The notes under the pieces: generated by a model | The model's input: only the letters and a program-made list of their open reading frames with translations | Told to the model about the DNA's origin: nothing | Database searches by the model: none | In this document: positions 57,689 to 64,000 of the stretch, piece after piece | How positions within the stretch are numbered: position 1 is the first letter of the stretch | Layout: each line of letters opens with the position of its first letter | Translations under genes and position numbers: made by a program | Assembly (NCBI GenBank): GCA_029983675.1 | Contig: JASBYY010000004.1 | Coordinates: forward strand, 6,497-70,496 | Length of the DNA: 64,000 nucleotides | From: Bacteroidales bacterium | GTDB lineage: Bacteria > Bacteroidota > Bacteroidia > Bacteroidales > F082 | Direction: 5' to 3'

Positions 57689-59731
57689 ATGAAAACAAAG
57701 ACTTTTGCAACCATGATTTTATTAGGCACAATTGCATGTGGATGCGCGGAAAAAAGCCGGGAAAGACCTGTAACCCTTCAACCCGCCATCGACACTACCA
57801 ACATGGACTTGAGCATCAAGCCCGGCGATGACTTTTTCCGTTATGCAAACAACAAATGGTTGAAAAACACGCCTATCCCCGAAGAGTACACTACCTTTGG
57901 TGCTTTCACGGAGATTGACCAGCGCAACGAGGTCATCATTCAAGACATCATCAAGGAAGTGTCGAACTTGTCCGATGCGCCCCAAGGCAGTGTGGCACAA
58001 AAAATTCGCGACTTCTACAATACAGGCATGGACACTGTAGCCATTGACGAAAGAGGATACAGCGAACTGCTTCCGTACTTCGACACCATTGACAAACTTG
58101 GAAGCAAAGCCGACATCGCCGCATTGCTGGGACGTTTCCACGCCATGTCGTTTGGCGGATTGTTCAACGCTGGCCCAAGCCCCGATCCGAAACAAGCCGA
58201 TATGGTCATCATGCACTTATACCAAGGCGGATTGAGTTTGCCTGACCGAGATGACTACTTTGGTGATGATGAAAAGGGCGTCGAAATGCATCAGAAATAT
58301 CAGGAACACGTTGCCAACATGTTTCAACTTGTGGGTGTAGATGCTTCAATGGCGCATGCCAAAGCTGAAAAGATCTTTGCCTTTGAAAAACGTTTGGCTG
58401 AAAAATCGCTGACCCGTGTCGAACGCCGCGACCCTGACCGCACGTATCATAAAATGACCTTTGCCGAGTTGCAGCAGCTTTGTCCTGCATTTGACTGGAC
58501 GGCTTACTTTGCCCACGCCGAAGCACCGTCATTCGACAGCCTTAACGTAGGTATGCCCGATTTTGTGAGCGGCCTGAACCAAACCATTGCCGAAACCGAT
58601 CTGAACACCATCAAGGACTATCTGAAATGGAAGGTGCTCACAGGCAGCGCCTCACAACTCAGTTCCGACTTAGACACAGAGAACTTCAAGTTTTACGCCA
58701 CCTATCTCTACGGTCAGGAAAGCCAGCAGCCGCGTTGGCGCCGCATCCTCAATGCCACATCTGATTGTCTGGGCGAGGCCATCGGCCAACTTTACGTTGA
58801 AAAATGCTTCCCCGCCGAAGCCAAGGAAGGAATGGTGCAATTGGTCGCCAACCTGAAAACCGCTTTGGGCGGACGCATCAAGAACCTTGACTGGATGGCT
58901 GAACAAACCAAAGCACTCGCTTTGTCGAAACTCGAAAAAATCAATGTAAAGGTTGGTTATCCCGACAAATGGAAAGACTACACGGATTATGAAGTGGGCA
59001 CCACCTCCTACTTTGAGAACATCCGCAACGCCTGCCTCTTTGAAAATCGCAGAGAGATGGCCAAATTGGGCAAACCTGTAGATAAGGACGAGTGGTTTAT
59101 GACACCGCAAACCGTCAATGCCTACTATAGTCCCGAATACAACGAAATCGTCTTCCCTGCCGGCATTTTGCAGCCCCCGTTCTTCAACCAGCAGGCTGAC
59201 GACGCCGTGAATTACGGCGGAATCGGTGTTGTGATCGGACACGAAATGACCCACGGCTTTGACGACCAAGGACGCAAATATGATGAAAAAGGCAATCTGA
59301 ACGATTGGTGGACGGAAGAAGACACCAAGCAATTCAGCCAGCGCACGCAGCGCCTCGTTGAGTTGTTCAACACCTTCCAAGTCCGTGGCCACAACATCAA
59401 TGGCGAACTCACTTTGGGAGAAAACATTGCCGACTTAGGAGGCCTGAACGTAGCTTGGGATGCCTACCAGCTTACCGAGGAAGCCGGTAACGACGTTTCC
59501 ATTGACGGCTTCACCCCGGCACAACGTTTCTTTATCAGCTACGGCACCATTTGGCGCAACAACATCCGCGACAAAGCCCTCGAGCGCCGCATCAAAGAAG
59601 ACGTGCACTCGCCCGCCGAAGCACGTGTAAACCGCACACTGTTCAGCATGCCGCACTTCTACGAGGCCTTTGAAATCGCCCCAGAAGACAAGCTGTATAT
59701 CGCTCCAGATGAAAGAGCGAATATCTGGTAA
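57689..59731 (+). CDS. M13 family metallopeptidase (PepO/endothelin-converting-enzyme-like)
   Basis: 680 aa with a lipoprotein-type signal, the zinc motif VIGHEMTHGFD, the downstream ENIADLGG motif, and a C-terminal ERANIW. Confidence 0.9.
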   Translation: MKTKTFATMILLGTIACGCAEKSRERPVTLQPAIDTTNMDLSIKPGDDFFRYANNKWLKNTPIPEEYTTFGAFTEIDQRNEVIIQDIIKEVSNLSDAPQGSVAQKIRDFYNTGMDTVAIDERGYSELLPYFDTIDKLGSKADIAALLGRFHAMSFGGLFNAGPSPDPKQADMVIMHLYQGGLSLPDRDDYFGDDEKGVEMHQKYQEHVANMFQLVGVDASMAHAKAEKIFAFEKRLAEKSLTRVERRDPDRTYHKMTFAELQQLCPAFDWTAYFAHAEAPSFDSLNVGMPDFVSGLNQTIAETDLNTIKDYLKWKVLTGSASQLSSDLDTENFKFYATYLYGQESQQPRWRRILNATSDCLGEAIGQLYVEKCFPAEAKEGMVQLVANLKTALGGRIKNLDWMAEQTKALALSKLEKINVKVGYPDKWKDYTDYEVGTTSYFENIRNACLFENRREMAKLGKPVDKDEWFMTPQTVNAYYSPEYNEIVFPAGILQPPFFNQQADDAVNYGGIGVVIGHEMTHGFDDQGRKYDEKGNLNDWWTEEDTKQFSQRTQRLVELFNTFQVRGHNINGELTLGENIADLGGLNVAWDAYQLTEEAGNDVSIDGFTPAQRFFISYGTIWRNNIRDKALERRIKEDVHSPAEARVNRTLFSMPHFYEAFEIAPEDKLYIAPDERANIW

Positions 59732-59763
59732 CAACATTCATTAATTCAATCAGTTACATATCA

Positions 59764-60351
59764 ATGTCATTGAAACGGTTCATCGGAAAAGCCGCCCTGA
59801 AACTAAAAGGCTGGAAGCGTGTCGGCACCCTGCCACCTGAAGCTAAAAAATGCGTGTGTATATATGCGCCGCACACTTCGGTAGAAGATTTCTTCATTGG
59901 ATTATACTTCTATTGGGCAGAACAGATTCCTTTTAAAGTCATGATCAAGAAGGAGTTTTTCAAGACACCTATCATCAGATGGTGTCTGCTCCGCTTGGGC
60001 GGCATTCCTGTGGACCGAGGACATCAGAACCATCTGGTGGAAAAGATGGTCGAGATGTTTGAAAAAGAAGATACTGTTTGCCTGACCATCTGCCCTGAAG
60101 CGACAAGAAAAAAAGTCGATCGCTGGAAAAAAGGCTTCTATTACATTGCCGAAGGCGCCAAGGTCCCTATTATGATGGGATTCTGCGACTTCCAGAAGAA
60201 AATCTGTGGTTTCGGGCCTATGATACAGCCCTCAGGAGACTACGACAAAGACCTTGCCTTGATTTGGGACTTCTACAAAGATGTCAAAGCCAAGTTCCCC
60301 GATAAATTCAACCTTGATGAACAATACCGCACCCAAGAATCAGGAAATTGA
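59764..60351 (+). CDS. PlsC-family acyltransferase
   Basis: 195 aa with an H(X4)D-like block (APHTSVEDF) and an EATR-type block (PEATRKK). Confidence 0.65.
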   Translation: MSLKRFIGKAALKLKGWKRVGTLPPEAKKCVCIYAPHTSVEDFFIGLYFYWAEQIPFKVMIKKEFFKTPIIRWCLLRLGGIPVDRGHQNHLVEKMVEMFEKEDTVCLTICPEATRKKVDRWKKGFYYIAEGAKVPIMMGFCDFQKKICGFGPMIQPSGDYDKDLALIWDFYKDVKAKFPDKFNLDEQYRTQESGN

Positions 60352-60814
60352 ACGCAAATTCCTTGTCAACGATAATCGCTTTCTAAATGAATCCGTTTGC
60401 GCCTATGACATCGAACAAGGATACCTTTGCCTGCAACCGGAAAAAAACGTCCGCGTGCGTCTTAGCGACGACAAGGCGTTTCTTACCATCAAGGGAAAAC
60501 GCAAAGCCAACAGCCTGACCCGATTTGAATGGGAACGAGAAATCGACCCAGAAGATGCCCGGCAGCTGCTGCAACTTTGCGAAGACAATACCGTCAGAAA
60601 GACACGCCATATCATCCCCTGCGGCATACACAACTTCGAAGTAGATGTGTTTCACGGTGAAAATGAAGGTCTTATCGTTGCCGAAATCGAACTTGACCAT
60701 GAAAATGACAGCTTCGACCGCCCCGAATGGCTTGGCACCGAAGTAACCGAAGAGAAACGCTATTACAATGCATATTTGGCACAAAAACCCTACAAACAAT
60801 GGAATAGGCATTGA
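60317..60814 (+). CDS. CYTH-domain protein (CyaB/triphosphate tunnel metalloenzyme family)
   Basis: It has the N-terminal EIERKFLV signature (ExExK) and the downstream motifs VRVRL, FEWEREI and AEIEL. The start is uncertain (60281 or 60317). It overlaps the preceding gene. Confidence 0.75.
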   Translation: MNNTAPKNQEIERKFLVNDNRFLNESVCAYDIEQGYLCLQPEKNVRVRLSDDKAFLTIKGKRKANSLTRFEWEREIDPEDARQLLQLCEDNTVRKTRHIIPCGIHNFEVDVFHGENEGLIVAEIELDHENDSFDRPEWLGTEVTEEKRYYNAYLAQKPYKQWNRH

Positions 60815-60867
60815 ATAGTTCCGTACAAGATTGGAAGAAACAACCATCTAATAAATTGATAATAAAA

Positions 60868-62334
60868 ATGATTGATCTTCAGACAAAAATACACGACAAA
60901 TTTACGTTGGAGTTCAAGGTCGGTTTTAGGACAAAAGCGACAAAAGAACAGGTTCTTTTCGACCGCAACGATTTTGTTTTGAATACGTGGATTTTTATTC
61001 CCAACAGTCTGGATGTCAATCCATCGACCTATAGCAAAGAACAGTTCTTCCGCGACATCAGGTCGGAGCTACGGCTGATCACGCCCCCCTATCCCCTGCA
61101 CCAGCTCGCCAACGACGATGAGTTGTTACCTTATGCATCGTTGCGGAATAGCATCAATGAATTGGCAACTTCAAACACACGCGCCGATGGTTTTTCACAT
61201 GCTGTAAAGATGTATTGTGCCATTGCCAAAAGTGCCTTTCGCGAAGCCTTTCTTCATGTTTCATCGTTAACAGACTCGGAGACATCGAGATGGGAAGCAC
61301 TGATTTTCCTTGACGATGCAGAGCATGTTCTTTTGCGGTACCGCCAGCTTCAGGCATCACTAATAGCATCGGCAGGACAGCAACTCATTGATTATTATCG
61401 TTATGGCGATGAGTTTTTGGGCAATGTATTCGAGCAATACGCCTTTCGTATTCTGAACACCTTGCCCACTTTAGATGGGGAATCGGGCGAACTAGTGCGG
61501 AAACGCTTCGTTAAAGCCCTTGCGAGTGAAAAGAAATACAAAAAGCAAAAAGGCTATCTTTGTGTAAACCCCGATGACACGAACCACAACAGCGATTTCG
61601 TGTATCATGCCAGTCTGCTCAAGAAATTTGTCGAGAGTGACTTGTTTTTGAAGGCCAACAAAATCAAGAATAGCTTTTTTGTCGAGCAAGTGCTTTTCGG
61701 TTTTGCAGCCATCATCGCCATGCTTTCCTCCACACTGCTCACTATCTACTTTCAGAACCAGTTCAACAGTTACGCCCTGCCGTTTTTGATTTCGGCTGTG
61801 TTGATTTATGCGCTCAAAGACAGGCTGAAAGATTGGATGAAGCTCTTGTTTTCCAACAGTACCTCCAACAAGTTTTATGACCATAAGACCTTTTTCCGCA
61901 TCAATGGAGAGAAAATCGGATGGAATAAAGACAGTTTCGGTTTCGTGCGACAGAACAGCATTATGTCAGAGGTGCAACGAATGCGGCATCGCTCTCCATT
62001 GCAGGAAGTTGTGAATATGAAAGATGAAAAAGTCATTCTTTTCAGAAAACGGGTTTGGCTGTGGCGCAGCAAGCTGGCCAAAGCCAGTCCCTTTCCATTG
62101 CAAGGCATCAACGATATTATGCGATATAACATCACCGAATACATCCGCAAAATGGACGACCCGCACACTCCATTGTCATGCACGGTTGGAGAAGACAATT
62201 TCGTTCCTGTTGTTGGAGAGAAACTCTACTACGTTTACTTCATCATGCAATATGCCTTTGAGGACCAAGAGGAATACAAGAGTGTCAAAGTCGCATGCAA
62301 CCGCAATGGAATCCAAGAAATATCGGTAATGTAA
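60868..62334 (+). CDS. Hypothetical membrane protein
   Basis: About 488 aa counted from the ATG at 60868 (the track ORF starts at a TTG at 60811). There are two central TM helices (VLFGFAAIIAMLSSTLLTIYF and LPFLISAVLIYAL). No recognisable family. Confidence 0.55.
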   Translation: MIDLQTKIHDKFTLEFKVGFRTKATKEQVLFDRNDFVLNTWIFIPNSLDVNPSTYSKEQFFRDIRSELRLITPPYPLHQLANDDELLPYASLRNSINELATSNTRADGFSHAVKMYCAIAKSAFREAFLHVSSLTDSETSRWEALIFLDDAEHVLLRYRQLQASLIASAGQQLIDYYRYGDEFLGNVFEQYAFRILNTLPTLDGESGELVRKRFVKALASEKKYKKQKGYLCVNPDDTNHNSDFVYHASLLKKFVESDLFLKANKIKNSFFVEQVLFGFAAIIAMLSSTLLTIYFQNQFNSYALPFLISAVLIYALKDRLKDWMKLLFSNSTSNKFYDHKTFFRINGEKIGWNKDSFGFVRQNSIMSEVQRMRHRSPLQEVVNMKDEKVILFRKRVWLWRSKLAKASPFPLQGINDIMRYNITEYIRKMDDPHTPLSCTVGEDNFVPVVGEKLYYVYFIMQYAFEDQEEYKSVKVACNRNGIQEISVM

Positions 62335-62360
62335 CTGATGTTGACGACATCAGGCTCTTC

Positions 62361-63245
62361 TCAAGACTGTTTCGATATTCTGCGGACAACCTTGTCGGCG
62401 TATGTTTTTGAAACCGGAATCGGGTCGATACCGTCTCGGTCGAAGTCGATGAAAAAGCCGTCCGTTTCGTTTTTCAACACCTTGACTTTCTGAATATTAA
62501 CGATATAGGAACGGTGACAACGCATCAACGGACCATTTTCTTTCAGCGTATCCTCGATGGACTGCAAACGACAACGCAGCATGTAGTTCGACAGCACCCC
62601 TTTTATAGTGTAATACACCTTTATATAATTGTCTTCAGACTTGATAAAATACAAGTTATCTAAACGCAGCGAAAGTTTCAGATGCCCGTTATTGTCCATA
62701 ATATTGATGATGTCCACATCTTTAGGCACCGTATCTCCATCGGAGGCGACAGCACTTGTATTGGTGAGTCTCAGCATCTTGCGTGCATCTCTGACCAAAA
62801 AAATCAAATCAGTGACTACAAAAGGAATACCAAGGGCAAATAGCGCTACAAAGATGCTTTTCAAAAATATGTAGATGGGTGTGTGATTAGATGACATATT
62901 AAAAGAAACGGTAACTGCGGCATAGAACGAGCCAATGAGTACTATTTCCAGCAACAGCCATAGGCAGTAATAAACCATCGGAAAATGACGTCGTTTGTTG
63001 GCGGTGAAAACCATTAGCAGTCGGCTGCAAACAAGGATTAATGCTGCAACAACAATAAAAAAGGCCGTGAGCAAGGCGACCTGATTTCTTTCAATTCCAA
63101 ACCAAGAAGTGTCGGAAAAAGGCGAATATACGGTAAGAAACAGCAAGGCAAACATAACCGAAAAAGCAACTTGTGTCACCATATTCGAACGTTCCACCAT
63201 GCATTCTGGAACTCCAATAAGTATTTTTTTGCGAAATTCTTTCAT
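62361..63245 (-). CDS. LytTR-family DNA-binding protein with an N-terminal membrane domain
   Basis: The C-terminal LytTR domain reads YFIKSEDNYIKVYY...MRCHRSYIVNIQKV. The N-terminus has 4 TM helices. The start is uncertain, since the ORF is open to 63359. Confidence 0.7.
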   Translation of the reverse strand: MKEFRKKILIGVPECMVERSNMVTQVAFSVMFALLFLTVYSPFSDTSWFGIERNQVALLTAFFIVVAALILVCSRLLMVFTANKRRHFPMVYYCLWLLLEIVLIGSFYAAVTVSFNMSSNHTPIYIFLKSIFVALFALGIPFVVTDLIFLVRDARKMLRLTNTSAVASDGDTVPKDVDIINIMDNNGHLKLSLRLDNLYFIKSEDNYIKVYYTIKGVLSNYMLRCRLQSIEDTLKENGPLMRCHRSYIVNIQKVKVLKNETDGFFIDFDRDGIDPIPVSKTYADKVVRRISKQS

Positions 63246-63409
63246 GAAAACTTGTGTTTTACATCCCTTCTTCATTGATTTTCGCCACAAAAATACGAAA
63301 TTTTCGCCACAAATACGGAATTTTGCCACAATACGTCTGTGGCAACAACATTTTTCCAATCATACGGACACGAAGGATTACTTTTGCGAATCTTTTTTTA
63401 ATCATAGGT

Positions 63410-64000
63410 ATGAAAATAATTGGAACAGGATGTTCACATCCCAGCAAAGTGGTCACGAATGATATGCTGAGCGATCTGGTCGATACCAGCAACGAATGGA
63501 TCATGACACGTACCGGTATCAGCGAACGTCGCGTGATATCGTCGGAAATGATGTTGGATCTCGCCGTCGAAGCCGCCCGCAATGCCTTGGACGATGCCGG
63601 CATTTCGGCTTCGGAACTTGACTTTATCATCGTAGCCAATGTAGTCAACGAATATGTTACACCTGCATTAAGTTGCATTCTTCAAGGCGCAATTGGCGCC
63701 ACCTGCCCTTGTGTCGATTTAAACGGTGCCTGTGTCGGCTTCATTTATGGTCTCGACATGGCCGAAGCTTATTACAAGGCTGGCAAAGTGAAAAAAGTAC
63801 TCGTCGTTTGCGCCGAACAACCCTCGCGTATGCTGAGCTGGCAAGACCGTTCAGTATGCGTGCTGTTTGGTGACGGAGCGGGAGCCGCCGTACTTGCCGA
63901 GGGCGACAACATCAAAGCCACCCGCTTGACCGCATCGAGCAATTATGACAAGCTGTACCAGATGCATGAGCTTCAGCCCTCGCCTTTCAACACAAAGCCA
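63410..64000 (+). CDS. fabH: Beta-ketoacyl-ACP synthase III, N-terminal part (3' end lies outside the window)
   Basis: This ORF is not in the track because it has no stop in the window. My own translation is MKIIGTGCSHPSKVVTNDMLSDLVDTSNEWIMTRTGISERR...DLNGACVGFIYGL...VLFGDGAGAAVL, which matches the FabH pattern including the active-site Cys context. Confidence 0.85.
   Translation, partial: MKIIGTGCSHPSKVVTNDMLSDLVDTSNEWIMTRTGISERRVISSEMMLDLAVEAARNALDDAGISASELDFIIVANVVNEYVTPALSCILQGAIGATCPCVDLNGACVGFIYGLDMAEAYYKAGKVKKVLVVCAEQPSRMLSWQDRSVCVLFGDGAGAAVLAEGDNIKATRLTASSNYDKLYQMHELQPSPFNTKP

Overview
This window is about 64 kb of a Bacteroidota (Bacteroidales-like) chromosome. That call is an inference from T9SS C-terminal sorting domains, lipoprotein signal peptides and TAnnTTTG-type promoter boxes. 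Most of it is ordinary housekeeping and metabolic genes: upp, pncB, topB, hppA, thyA-folA, truA, aat, a sirtuin, a galK-galM-sugar transporter cluster, dnaX, an M13 peptidase, fabH and tRNA-Ser/tRNA-Pro. It also carries two tandem secreted C10 cysteine proteases, ion antiporters and several regulators. The stand-out is a 13.5 kb minus-strand type III-B CRISPR-Cas locus (23072-36582). Its gene order is cas6, a DHH-family (NrN-like) phosphodiesterase, a CorA-like membrane protein, a small unannotated TM/coiled-coil ORF, cmr1, an HD-less cas10/cmr2, cmr3-6, an RT-Cas1 fusion, cas2, a 449 bp leader, and a 13-repeat array of 35 bp repeats. No CARF, SAVED or Csx1/Csm6-type effector is present. The CorA plus NrN pairing is the signature of the type III branch reported to signal through SAM-AMP (an ATP-SAM conjugate) rather than cyclic oligoadenylates. 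Details worth follow-up in this locus are a GGED palm motif in Cas10, GMS in place of the CorA GMN signature, the extra TM/coiled-coil gene, a low-GC effector block inside host-like-GC flanks, a 10-mer repeated five times in the leader, and a scarred trailer end of the array. All calls come from reading the ORF translations and the DNA by eye. No database searches were run.
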